This document shows, one piece after another, positions 1 to 9,016 of a stretch of DNA of 64,000 bases. How positions within the stretch are numbered: the first letter of the stretch is position 1; the number at the start of each line of letters is the position of its first letter. The translations under genes were made by a program, and so were the position numbers. The stretch comes from an uncultured Clostridia bacterium (GTDB taxonomy: Bacteria > Bacillota > Clostridia > TANB77 > CAG-508), in NCBI GenBank assembly GCA_944387535.1, contig CALXFI010000002.1, forward strand, positions 6,212 through 70,211, written 5' to 3'. Below the pieces are notes generated by a model. That model saw nothing but the letters and a program-made list of their open reading frames with translations. It had not been told where the DNA came from and made no database searches.

Positions 1-101
1 TTATTTTTTGTAACTACTTGAAATATACATTAGAAAATGGTATAATAATTAGTGGTTGTACAAATAATAATAAAAAATCTAAAAATAGAGGAGAAATCAA
101 T

Positions 102-497
102 ATGGAAAAATCAAATTTATTAAAAGTATTTTGGGTTTTAGTTTTAAGTGTAATGGTAATTTTAATGACTACAACAGTTAATGCTGCAGAAGGATTTACA
201 GATATGACAGGTTCTTTATTAGGTAATAATACATCAAATACAGGAAATTCAGCAAATTCAGCAAATACTGATTCAGCAAACACTAATACAAATTCAGCAA
301 ATACAAATAGAGCAAACACAAATAATGCTAATACAAATACTAATAGAGCAAATACTAATAATTCTAGTATTTATAATAACACAAATTTACCTAAAACAGG
401 TATAGGAGATTCACTTCCAATAGCTGCATTAGTAGTTGTATTTGGTATATCAGCTGTGTATGCTTATAAGAAAATTAAAGATTATAGAAATATTTAG
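102..497 (+). CDS. small LPXTG-anchored surface protein built almost entirely of degenerate Asn/Thr/Ala (ANTN-like) repeats
   Basis: GAGGAG (88-93) lies 8 nt before ATG 102. Signal peptide (LLKVFWVLVLSVMVILMTTTVNA/AEG). C-terminal LPKTG, hydrophobic stretch and a basic tail. The ORF-track start at 18 lies upstream of the RBS. Confidence 0.85.
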   Translation: MEKSNLLKVFWVLVLSVMVILMTTTVNAAEGFTDMTGSLLGNNTSNTGNSANSANTDSANTNTNSANTNRANTNNANTNTNRANTNNSSIYNNTNLPKTGIGDSLPIAALVVVFGISAVYAYKKIKDYRNI

Positions 498-517
498 TTA
501 ATAAATTTATTATATAT

Positions 518-541
518 AAAGAGTAGAATTTTCTACTCTTT
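518..541. terminator. bidirectional intrinsic terminator between convergent genes
   Basis: Perfect 9-bp stem AAAGAGTAG / CTACTCTTT with a 6-nt loop, followed by a T-rich tract. Confidence 0.7.
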
Positions 542-583
542 ATTTTAATTTTAATATAATATATTAAATATTATTATATATTT

Positions 584-1276
584 TTAAAGATTTTGTTGTA
601 ATGCCTTAATAATAAATCTATTGTTATTTAGGTTGTTACAAGTAATGAGTGTTAAAGTTTTTTCATTTTTATTGTAATTATATATAGGAGAAAGGTCTTC
701 TTCTTTTACTTCATAATTTTGCGTTACTATATATCTATATTTAATTCCTGTATTATCATAAATAAAGATTTCATCATTTAGGGATAATTGATTTATTCTA
801 CTAAAAAACATATCATTATTATAATTATGTCCAGCAATGCAAATATTTGTGTTATCTTCTAATGTATCTCCAAAAAATTTACAAGGGGAAACTTTTAAGT
901 TTTCTTCTGTTAAGTTAGAAAAAACTGGGTAATAAAGGCTAATTTTAGGAATTTCAATAATTCCAAAAAGATTATTTTGAATTGTCTCTTGTCCTTTTTC
1001 TACATTTTCTACATTAGCATAAAGTTTATAAATATTATAATTGCCAATTAAATTTTGAGATATTTTTTCTTTATTTTTGAGTGAATAAAAGTAATAAGTA
1101 GAAAAAGAAATAGTGGTAATAATAAATATAATAGATATAGTAAATTGCAATTTAAAAAATTTCTTATTTGAAATACCATCTATATTTTTATTATTATTTA
1201 TTTTATTATTGCTTGAGTTATTGTTATTCAATTTATTATTATCATCATTAAAATTTGTAATTAATATCTGGTTCAT
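584..1276 (-). CDS. sortase family transpeptidase
   Basis: N-terminal TM anchor after an Asn-rich tail. Conserved His box (ICIAGHN) and catalytic TLITC motif. Convergent with the LPXTG gene. Confidence 0.85.
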   Translation of the reverse strand: MNQILITNFNDDNNKLNNNNSSNNKINNNKNIDGISNKKFFKLQFTISIIFIITTISFSTYYFYSLKNKEKISQNLIGNYNIYKLYANVENVEKGQETIQNNLFGIIEIPKISLYYPVFSNLTEENLKVSPCKFFGDTLEDNTNICIAGHNYNNDMFFSRINQLSLNDEIFIYDNTGIKYRYIVTQNYEVKEEDLSPIYNYNKNEKTLTLITCNNLNNNRFIIKALQQNL

Positions 1277-1318
1277 AATTTTATTTTATCTTAAAATTAG
1301 AAAAATATTATAAAAAAC

Positions 1319-1347
1319 TTGTCAAAATTTTGTTTTTTTGTTATTAT
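1319..1347 (+). promoter_or_regulatory. sigmaA-type promoter candidate for the MFS gene
   Basis: TTGTCA, 17 nt spacer, TATTAT. Confidence 0.45.
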
Positions 1348-1371
1348 AGGCTAAAGTAAAAGGAGATAGTG

Positions 1372-2685
1372 ATGAAAGAAACGAAAGAAAGAAAAAATAT
1401 AAGACACAAAAAGAAAAACGTTAAAATATTTCCTTTATATAAAACAGTTTCTTGGGACTTGCTGTTCTATTTTCCTATAATATTTTTATTTTTGACACAA
1501 GTAAAAGGCTTTTCAGCATCACAAGTATTATTTGCAGATGCTTTTTATACGCTTGCAAATACATTTTGGCAATTACCTGTAACAAGTTTGGTAGATAGGA
1601 TAGGTAAGAAAAATTGTTTAATAATAGGAAATGTATTATATAGTGCAAGTATTTTAGCAATGATTTTCATGCAAAATTATTATGAATTATTATTAATACA
1701 ATTTATATATGCATTAGGATATTCAATAAAGGGAATATGTGAATCAAATATACTTTATGACTCACTTCCTGTAAGTAAAAAAAGAGGAAGAGTCTTTGCC
1801 ACAATAGACGGGAAATCATCATCATATTTTTATTTATTTGATGCAATATCTTCTATAACTGCAGGATTTACATTTGCTATAAATGGATATATTCCGATGG
1901 TACTATGTTTCCTATGTTGCGTGTTATCAACTGTTATTTCATTTAAATTTAGACATACAGCAATTGTAGAAGATAAAGTAAAACCAATTTCACTAAAAGA
2001 ATATATAGGACAGATAAAAGACTCTATGAAATTTTCTGTAAAATCTAGCAGAGTAAAATTATTAATTTTATCAAATGCACTATTTTTAGGATTAGTTATG
2101 GGAATTGTAAATTTACGAAGTAGTATGCTTAGTGAAATGCAAGTACCAGAAGCATATTTTGGAATTATATTTGCTATTTTACAATTTTCAGCAGCAATAA
2201 CAGCGAGATATAGTGAGCAAATACACAAGATATTTAAGAACAAAACGATAGCTATATTAACTATTCCAACTACAGTTTCTTGTATCTTGATAGGTTTTAT
2301 TGGAAAAGATACATTGTCTAAATCATCATTAATATTAGTAGTATTATTATTCTTAATACAATATGCAGCAAAAGGACCATATAGAGCATTGCTTGCACGC
2401 TATTTAAATAACTTTACAAATAGAAAAATAAGACCAAAATTAACAGCTTTAAGAAATTTATCATCAAATTTATTAACAGCGATAGTTTCTTTAATTTGTG
2501 CAATATTCTTAGAAATAACAACAACAGCAAATACATTTATAATAATAGGATGCATTACAACCATTGCAGCAGTATTATTAATAGATTATATGAGAGATAG
2601 AGTGGGACTAAAGCCTTCGCAATATAGCAATGAGGATTTAAAATATAGTTTATATAGACCAGATAAGACAAAGAGAAAAGCCTAA
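1372..2685 (+). CDS. MFS-type transporter
   Basis: About 12 hydrophobic segments. MFS-like loop (VDRIGKKN). AGGAG 6 nt before ATG 1372; the ORF-track GTG at 1369 is one codon earlier. Confidence 0.75.
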   Translation: MKETKERKNIRHKKKNVKIFPLYKTVSWDLLFYFPIIFLFLTQVKGFSASQVLFADAFYTLANTFWQLPVTSLVDRIGKKNCLIIGNVLYSASILAMIFMQNYYELLLIQFIYALGYSIKGICESNILYDSLPVSKKRGRVFATIDGKSSSYFYLFDAISSITAGFTFAINGYIPMVLCFLCCVLSTVISFKFRHTAIVEDKVKPISLKEYIGQIKDSMKFSVKSSRVKLLILSNALFLGLVMGIVNLRSSMLSEMQVPEAYFGIIFAILQFSAAITARYSEQIHKIFKNKTIAILTIPTTVSCILIGFIGKDTLSKSSLILVVLLFLIQYAAKGPYRALLARYLNNFTNRKIRPKLTALRNLSSNLLTAIVSLICAIFLEITTTANTFIIIGCITTIAAVLLIDYMRDRVGLKPSQYSNEDLKYSLYRPDKTKRKA

Positions 2686-3113
2686 GCAAATTTAGGCTTT
2701 TCTCTTGTATAAATTTTGGGTGTTACTTCAAATTTTATTTTAAAACATCTAAAATCAAATAATTCATTTTCTTCTAAACAATCTAAATATATATCAAGTT
2801 CTTCTAGATTCCTGCAAGCTGCAATGATTATAGGATTTAATTTGTATTGGAACATGAGCTCAAATGCTAAGTCTAAAGCTTTAAAAATAGATTGATTTTC
2901 TTTATGAAGTACTAAGTTTATAGTCTCTCTAAATCTAGAGCTTATAGAATGTTTAAATCTATTTAGTGGTATAATATAATCTTTATTAATAACATCTTGA
3001 ACTGATACATATTTATCTTTATTTTCATTATATATTTTTTCTATATCGCAATACTTATATGGTAAATACGCTTTTTGATCTTTTTCAGAAACGATTAATG
3101 TATTATTATCCAT
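2682..3113 (-). CDS. hypothetical protein (143 aa)
   Basis: Clean ORF with no motif I recognise. Its 3' end overlaps the MFS stop by 4 nt inside a shared hairpin (AAAAGCCTAA..TTAGGCTTTT). Confidence 0.55.
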   Translation of the reverse strand: MDNNTLIVSEKDQKAYLPYKYCDIEKIYNENKDKYVSVQDVINKDYIIPLNRFKHSISSRFRETINLVLHKENQSIFKALDLAFELMFQYKLNPIIIAACRNLEELDIYLDCLEENELFDFRCFKIKFEVTPKIYTREKPKFA

Positions 3114-3435
3114 ATTGTTCTCCTATTTGAAAGTTTATTTTTTATTACTTAAATCTATTATACTCTATAAAACGTTATTTAGTAAATAAAAATAATATTA
3201 CATTTTTATTACATATTAAAAAAAATTTAGCCTATCTTTTTATAAAAACTAATAGTTTTTGTGATATTTTTATCTAAAATTATTTTGTAAAAGTCATAAA
3301 CGCTCACAGTATATAAGGATTTAGAGAAAAGCATAGGAAGGTTATAAAAGGTTAAACTATGAAAATTTAACTTGTATTAAAGGGTAAATTATTAAATCTT
3401 TTTCAGAGGAAATCTTTAGGAAAGGAGGAACACAA

Positions 3436-3558
3436 ATGAACAACTCTGATTTAATATGGCGTCTAGTGGATTTACTTTTACAAAAAGAAAAAATCAAATG
3501 CTACCACTCATTTGATTTTTTCGGAACACTCTATGAACTTTTTTTGTTAATTAACTAG
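3436..3558 (+). CDS. candidate 40-aa small ORF (MNNSDLIWRLVDLLLQKEKIKCYHSFDFFGTLYELFLLIN), possibly a leader peptide
   Basis: Strong AAGGAGGAA RBS 6 nt before the ATG. Below the ORF-track length cut-off. An intrinsic terminator is embedded in it. Confidence 0.3.
   Translation: MNNSDLIWRLVDLLLQKEKIKCYHSFDFFGTLYELFLLIN
3490..3521 (+). terminator. intrinsic terminator-like hairpin inside the small ORF
   Basis: Perfect 11-bp stem AAAATCAAATG / CATTTGATTTT, 8-nt loop, then a T run. Confidence 0.55.
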
Positions 3559-3684
3559 CTAATAATAGTATACTACCTTTTTTATTATATTTCAATTGAT
3601 TTTTAAATATTCTTTGCGCTTATAATAAAATTTTACATTTAAAAGAGAGGTTATTATTATTTATAAATAAAGATAAAATTTTTA

Positions 3685-3713
3685 TTGAAATGCTTGTTAT
3701 GATATGGTATATT
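3685..3713 (+). promoter_or_regulatory. sigmaA-type promoter candidate for sipW
   Basis: TTGAAA, 17 nt spacer, TATATT, about 40 nt upstream of the GTG start. Confidence 0.5.
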
Positions 3714-3750
3714 TAGTATAGTTAGATACATAAGAGAAAGGAAAGAGAAA

Positions 3751-4389
3751 GTGTACAAACTTAGTGATTTTGATAAGTCAAGTAAACATTTATATAGATT
3801 AGGTAAAATACTTAGTACAATTATTTGTATTTTCATATTATTTCTAATTATAATTAATGTAACTTTAATAATAGAATCATATATAAATCCAAACGAACTA
3901 CCAAGTTTTTTAGGAATAAAAAGTTTTGTTATAGTATCAGAAAGTATGGAACCTACAATTATGACAAATGATTTAATTTTTATAACAAATACATCTAAAG
4001 AAGATTTAGAAATAGGAGATATTATATCCTTTAAGACAGGTGATTATATAAATACACATAGAATTGTAAGAATAGAAGAGAAAAATGGGGAAGAAGTATA
4101 TATAACAAAGGGAGATAATAATAACAGAGAAGATAGAGGATATGTAGAATTTCAAGATATAGAAGGAAAATATTTATTTAGGTTACCAGGCTTTGGTAAA
4201 ATAACAGAAATTTTAAAAAGCAAAACAACATTAATTATTCTTTTAGTTTTCTTAGTAATAATTTCTTATTATGAGGTGAGAATTTCAAAAAGAAGGCTAA
4301 AAAGAAAAGAAGAAAGGTTTGAGTTTAATAAAAAATTAGTAGAGAAAATTAGAAATGATGATGAAGATAATAAAGATGTAAAAAAATAA
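3751..4389 (+). CDS. sipW: signal peptidase I, SipW (ER/archaeal S26B) type
   Basis: N-terminal TM, Ser box VSESMEPTI, GDNN box and a C-terminal TM followed by a basic tail. Confidence 0.85.
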   Translation: MYKLSDFDKSSKHLYRLGKILSTIICIFILFLIIINVTLIIESYINPNELPSFLGIKSFVIVSESMEPTIMTNDLIFITNTSKEDLEIGDIISFKTGDYINTHRIVRIEEKNGEEVYITKGDNNNREDRGYVEFQDIEGKYLFRLPGFGKITEILKSKTTLIILLVFLVIISYYEVRISKRRLKRKEERFEFNKKLVEKIRNDDEDNKDVKK

Positions 4390-4412
4390 AAATTATAAGG
4401 AGGTATAAAGAT

Positions 4413-5237
4413 TTGTATAAAGCTATTTTTATAGATATAGATGGAACTTTAAAAAATGATATTGGTGAGATATCTAATAGAACGAAAGAAGCAATAAAAA
4501 ATATAGTAGAAACTGGAATAAAAGTTGTTATATGTTCTGGAAGACCTATTAAAAGTGCTATTCAAGTGAGTAAAATGAGCTTGGCAAGTGAATATATAAT
4601 TACTTCCAATGGAGCTTATGGATATAATTATAAAGAAAATAAATGTATATTTAAAAATCCAATGAAAAAAGAAGCTTGTATAAAATTATATTATATAGCA
4701 AAAGAAAATGATGTTAATTTTATTATGAATACAGAAAAAGGAAGATTTGTATTAAAAGAAACTGATAACGAATATGATACTTTACTAAAAGAGCCAATTG
4801 AAAGCTTTGTAGAAAAATTGGATGTTATGCAATGCTTACTACAAGATAAGAGCTTTGAGAAAATAAGAAATTTAAAACTAAATGTGGAAAAAATAGAAAA
4901 TGTTGGAATAAAGAATCAATCAAAAGCTTTAACTAATCCAAATGAAAAGCCAAGAGAAGTTACATATTTTGACATAGCTGATGAAAAAACTTCAAAAGGA
5001 TTTGGAGCAAAAAAAATATGCGAAGCTTTAAATATTGATTTAAAAGATGCTATTTCAATTGGTGATGATTATAATGATGTTTCAATGTTTAATATAACAG
5101 GTTTAAGTATAGCTATGGGAAATGCAAATGATGAAGTAAAATCAAAAGCAAAATATGTAACTCTTACTAATAATGAAGATGGTGTAGCTTTTATTTTGGA
5201 AAATTTAATTAAAAACAAGGGGGAATTTATATGTTAG
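4413..5237 (+). CDS. Cof-type HAD-IIB phosphatase
   Basis: IFIDIDGTL motif I, C-terminal GDDYND motif. AAGGAGG before the TTG start. Confidence 0.85.
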   Translation: MYKAIFIDIDGTLKNDIGEISNRTKEAIKNIVETGIKVVICSGRPIKSAIQVSKMSLASEYIITSNGAYGYNYKENKCIFKNPMKKEACIKLYYIAKENDVNFIMNTEKGRFVLKETDNEYDTLLKEPIESFVEKLDVMQCLLQDKSFEKIRNLKLNVEKIENVGIKNQSKALTNPNEKPREVTYFDIADEKTSKGFGAKKICEALNIDLKDAISIGDDYNDVSMFNITGLSIAMGNANDEVKSKAKYVTLTNNEDGVAFILENLIKNKGEFIC

Positions 5238-5863
5238 AAAATATTAAAGTATTATGTCACAGTTCAATTAAGTTTGAAAAAGGGAAAGTTATATATTTTG
5301 ACCCATATAAAATAATTGAAAATTATAATGATGCAGATGTAGTATTTATAACACATTCTCATTATGACCATTTTTCAGAAGAAGATATTTTAAAAGTAAA
5401 AAAAGAGACTACTAAAATAGTAGTTCCAAAAGATTTGTATAATAGAAGTTTAGAGTTAGGTTTTAGTGAAGAAAATATTATAGTAGTTAAACCAAATGAG
5501 GAATATGAAGTAATTGGAATTAACTTCAAAACAATACCTGCATATAATTTAAATAAAAACTTCCATCCCAAAGCAAATAATTGGGTTGGATATATAATAA
5601 CTTTAGATAATGTTGTTTATTATATTGCAGGAGATACAGACATAACAGAAGAAAACAAAAAGGTTAAATGTGATGTAGCTTTTGTTCCAATTGGTGGAAC
5701 ATATACAATGACAGCAAAAGAAGCAGCAAGTTTAGTAAATGAAATTAATCCTAAAATTGCTGTACCTATTCATTATGGTTTAATAGTAGGGACTAAAGAA
5801 GATGCAGAAATTTTTAAAGATAGTTTAGATGATAATATAGAATGTAATATATTAATTAGATAA
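5231..5863 (+). CDS. MBL-fold metallo-hydrolase
   Basis: HxHxDH motif (ITHSHYDHF). Overlaps the upstream stop, suggesting translational coupling. Confidence 0.8.
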   Translation: MLENIKVLCHSSIKFEKGKVIYFDPYKIIENYNDADVVFITHSHYDHFSEEDILKVKKETTKIVVPKDLYNRSLELGFSEENIIVVKPNEEYEVIGINFKTIPAYNLNKNFHPKANNWVGYIITLDNVVYYIAGDTDITEENKKVKCDVAFVPIGGTYTMTAKEAASLVNEINPKIAVPIHYGLIVGTKEDAEIFKDSLDDNIECNILIR

Positions 5864-5864
5864 A

Positions 5865-5900
5865 ATTAGGGACGTTTCCTTTTTTAGAAACGTCTCTAAT
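5865..5900. terminator. bidirectional terminator
   Basis: ATTAGGGACGTTTC / GAAACGTCTCTAAT stem (13/14 bp) between convergent genes. Its right arm overlaps the stop of the flippase gene. Confidence 0.65.
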
Positions 5901-7206
5901 TTCTTGCTTTTCTTAACTCTAAATAGCTCACTGTAAAGTTAAATATTTCACTAACATACATAGAAATAATAAAACCTAAAACCCCTAATTCAGGAAGTAA
6001 GAAATATAATAGGCTAATTGTTATAAGAAGATCAGCAATGTTACAAAGCATAACTTTAAATTGCCTATTTAGACCTTTTAACATATTATCTATAATGTTA
6101 TCAAGGTACATAAGTAAAATTAAAGGAGAAAGGATTCTTATGTATTTGGCGCACTCTAAATTTTGGAAGATAGCTAAACTTAGGTTGTTTGCAAAAACAA
6201 AACAAATGATGCTTACGATTAATGAAAAACAAGTTGCTATTGTAAAAACTTTATGGCTAACTGTTAATATTCTTTTCTTGTACCCTTTTGCCAACAAGCT
6301 CGAAAATTCAGGTATAAGTAAAGAACTAAAAGAGCCAATAAAAACGGTAGGGAAAGTTATAACAGGAAGTGCCATGCCTGTTATTCTTCCATATTCAGAT
6401 AATGCTAATGTATATGGAAGCCCAAATAGAACTAATCTATTAGGTACTATAAATTCTTTTAAAGTAGAAAGCCCTGAACGTATATAAGAAGTAATAGATA
6501 CAGGAAGTGTTATGTTTAAGATTTTTCTTTTATAACTTATTCCTGTTATTTTTGCTCTTTTATTAAAAAATCCTTTATCTATTTTATATAATATAAATAG
6601 AAATGTGCAAGAAAATACTTCAGATATTACATCTGCTAAAACTAAACAAATGCAAACTGTTTCAACACTATTTAAAGAAAAGTATTGCAATAAAATGATA
6701 CTAATTATAATTTTTACTCCAAGTTCCAAAGTTTGTGAAATTGCAGATTTATATGCTTTTCTTACAGCTGAAAAATATCCATTTATTACTGATGATATTG
6801 CGATACAAGGAAGACCTATTGCAATTAAGTAAAATGGGGTAGGGGATACTCTATTATTTAACCAAGTTGTAGATATTACTGAAGATAATAAAATTAATAT
6901 CAAACTACTTCCAATACCTAAAAAAATGGCAAACAAAATACAACTTCTAACAGCCTTTAAACCTTCAAAATACCTTTCTTTTGCAAATTCCTGAGATACT
7001 AAATATGTACAAGCAAGACTAAGGCCAGAAGTTGCAAGTGTTATAAAAAACATATATACAGACATAACAAGAGAAAATACCCCTACTGCTTCTGAGCCAA
7101 TTTTATTTGAAACATAAATATTAAACACCATACTTATACTTCTAGTAATTAGTGCAGTTATTGTAAGTATAGAGCCATTTATTAAAAATTTTTCTGTCCT
7201 TTTCAA
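5896..7206 (-). CDS. MOP-superfamily flippase (SpoVB/MurJ/polysaccharide-biosynthesis-like)
   Basis: 436 aa, polytopic. The N-terminal region resembles SpoVB/Wzx-type proteins. Family call is from memory only. Confidence 0.6.
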   Translation of the reverse strand: MKRTEKFLINGSILTITALITRSISMVFNIYVSNKIGSEAVGVFSLVMSVYMFFITLATSGLSLACTYLVSQEFAKERYFEGLKAVRSCILFAIFLGIGSSLILILLSSVISTTWLNNRVSPTPFYLIAIGLPCIAISSVINGYFSAVRKAYKSAISQTLELGVKIIISIILLQYFSLNSVETVCICLVLADVISEVFSCTFLFILYKIDKGFFNKRAKITGISYKRKILNITLPVSITSYIRSGLSTLKEFIVPNRLVLFGLPYTLALSEYGRITGMALPVITFPTVFIGSFSSLLIPEFSSLLAKGYKKRILTVSHKVFTIATCFSLIVSIICFVFANNLSLAIFQNLECAKYIRILSPLILLMYLDNIIDNMLKGLNRQFKVMLCNIADLLITISLLYFLLPELGVLGFIISMYVSEIFNFTVSYLELRKARN

Positions 7207-7266
7207 TAATATTCACCATTTAATTGTATTTAAAAAATCTTAAAAATATGATATACATATATCAGG

Positions 7267-7851
7267 GTGATAAATTTGAAAAATGCTTTTGAATATTATG
7301 AAAAAACTAAAAATTCTAATATACCTAAAAATATAAAAAGATTTATGGATATGAAGATAAAACCTGGAAGATGTATAGATTTAGGATGCGGAGCAGGAAG
7401 AGATACAGTATTTTTAATACGAAATGGTTGGAAGGTTACAGCAATTGATAAGGAGAATACTGAAAATATAATTAGAAATTCTTTAAACGAAGAAGAACAA
7501 AGTTCTCTAAATTTTATAAAACAGGATTTTAAAAATGTTTCTTTAGAACCTTGTAGTTTATTAGTTGCAAATGCTAGCTTATCTTTTTGCAATAGAAAAT
7601 ATTTTTACGATTTATGGAATAAAATTATAAATTCTATTTCTAAAGATGGCTATTTTGTAGGAAATTTCTTTGGTATAAATGACACATGGGCTAGAAGACC
7701 TAATATGACTTTCTTTTCAAAAGAAGAAGTATTAAATCTATTTTCTAATTTCGAAATAATTAATTTTAAAGAAATAGAAAAAGAAGGAAAAACAGCTTTA
7801 GGAGTAGAAAAACATTGGCATGTATTTAATGTTATAGCAAAAAAGAAATAA
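7267..7851 (+). CDS. class I SAM-dependent methyltransferase
   Basis: Motif I DLGCGAGRD; size and layout are TehB-like. Confidence 0.75.
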   Translation: MINLKNAFEYYEKTKNSNIPKNIKRFMDMKIKPGRCIDLGCGAGRDTVFLIRNGWKVTAIDKENTENIIRNSLNEEEQSSLNFIKQDFKNVSLEPCSLLVANASLSFCNRKYFYDLWNKIINSISKDGYFVGNFFGINDTWARRPNMTFFSKEEVLNLFSNFEIINFKEIEKEGKTALGVEKHWHVFNVIAKKK

Positions 7852-7888
7852 TAAAATAAAATTAAAATAAAAAATAAGGTGAAACTAT

Positions 7889-8224
7889 ATGAATAGTAAA
7901 GATTATATTGGAAAAATGGTTAAAGTAAAAATAGATAGGGCATTAGGTTCTAAACATCCAAAATTTGATATGATTTATCCTATAAATTACGGCTATGTTC
8001 CAAATACTGTTAGTGGAGATGGGGAAGAGCTAGATTGTTATATTTTAGGGGTATTTGAGCCAGTAAAAGAATTTAAAGGTAAGTGTATTGCAGTTATTAA
8101 AAGAATTAATGAAGATGATGATAAATTAATTATTGTACCAAGAGATAAAGACTATTCAAATGAACAAATAGAAGCTCTAACTGAATTCCAAGAAAGATAT
8201 TTTAAAAGTGAGATAATTAGATAA
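7889..8224 (+). CDS. short inorganic-pyrophosphatase-like protein
   Basis: YGYVPNT...GDGEELDCYILG resembles the family I PPase core. Only 111 aa. Confidence 0.5.
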   Translation: MNSKDYIGKMVKVKIDRALGSKHPKFDMIYPINYGYVPNTVSGDGEELDCYILGVFEPVKEFKGKCIAVIKRINEDDDKLIIVPRDKDYSNEQIEALTEFQERYFKSEIIR

Positions 8225-8290
8225 ATAAATGTCGAAAAATCTCCTTTTTTCATATGATATATAAAGGTCATATGAAGGGGGGAAGGATAT

Positions 8291-8872
8291 TTGGAGTTAT
8301 ATGGGAAAAAGATAGGTTTTGTACTTACAGGCTCATTTTGTACATTTAAAAAAACAATTCCTAAAATGAAAGAATTGATAGAAAAAGAAGGAGCAGACAT
8401 TATTCCTATAATGTCTTATAATAGCTATAATTTGGATACAAAATTTGGAAAAGCTGAAGATTTCATAAAAGAAATAGAAGAAATAACAGGTAAAGAAATA
8501 ATTCATACAATACAAGGAGCTGAGCCAATAGGTCCTAAAAAAATGACAGATATAATGGTAGTTGCTCCTTGCTCAGGTAATACAATGGCAAAACTTGCCT
8601 TAGATATAATAGACACGCCAGCTGTTATGGCTTGTAAATCTCATTTAAGAAATGATAGACCACTTGTTATTGCACCATCTACTAATAATGGATTAAGTGG
8701 AAATGCAGAAAATATTGGTAAATTATTAAACAGAAGAAATTATTATTTTGTGCCATTTAGACAAGATAATCCAATAACAAAACCAAGGTCAATTGTTTTT
8801 GATGAAAATTACTTAATAAAGACTATAAAGTTTGCTTTAGATGGTGAGCAAATAAGCCCAATTCTATTATAA
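8291..8872 (+). CDS. dpaB: dipicolinate synthase subunit B (flavoprotein)
   Basis: Collinear with B. subtilis SpoVFB as I recall it (GKKIGFVLTGSFCT..., AEPIGPK..., VVAPCSGNTMAKLA..., FVPFRQD...). Start is TTG 8291 or ATG 8301. Confidence 0.85.
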   Translation: MELYGKKIGFVLTGSFCTFKKTIPKMKELIEKEGADIIPIMSYNSYNLDTKFGKAEDFIKEIEEITGKEIIHTIQGAEPIGPKKMTDIMVVAPCSGNTMAKLALDIIDTPAVMACKSHLRNDRPLVIAPSTNNGLSGNAENIGKLLNRRNYYFVPFRQDNPITKPRSIVFDENYLIKTIKFALDGEQISPILL

Positions 8873-8909
8873 ATATAAATTTAGAAATTTAATAATAAAT
8901 ACTTTAATA

Positions 8910-8940
8910 AAGAATATTGATTTAATCAATGTTCTTTATT
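8910..8940 (+). terminator. intrinsic terminator after dpaB
   Basis: AAGAATATTGATT / AATCAATGTTCTT inverted repeat followed by TTTATT. Confidence 0.55.
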
Positions 8941-8951
8941 CATTATATTTC

Positions 8952-8982
8952 TTGATATAATATGCATTTTGTGGTATATAAT
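8952..8982 (+). promoter_or_regulatory. sigmaA-type promoter candidate
   Basis: TTGATA, 17 nt spacer, TATATAAT. GAGAGGT RBS before ATG 9017. Confidence 0.5.
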
Positions 8983-9016
8983 TTATATAAAAATAAATAG
9001 AGAGGTAGATACTAAA

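Noticed and set aside
6038-6487. 149-aa ORF on the + strand inside the flippase gene. Similar cases are 6605..6832, 1830..2243, 5362..5571 and 7296..7592.
   Set aside because: These are antisense shadow ORFs within well-supported genes. They have low-complexity translations and no RBS. Such ORFs are typical of AT-rich DNA, where stop codons are depleted on the antisense strand of coding regions.
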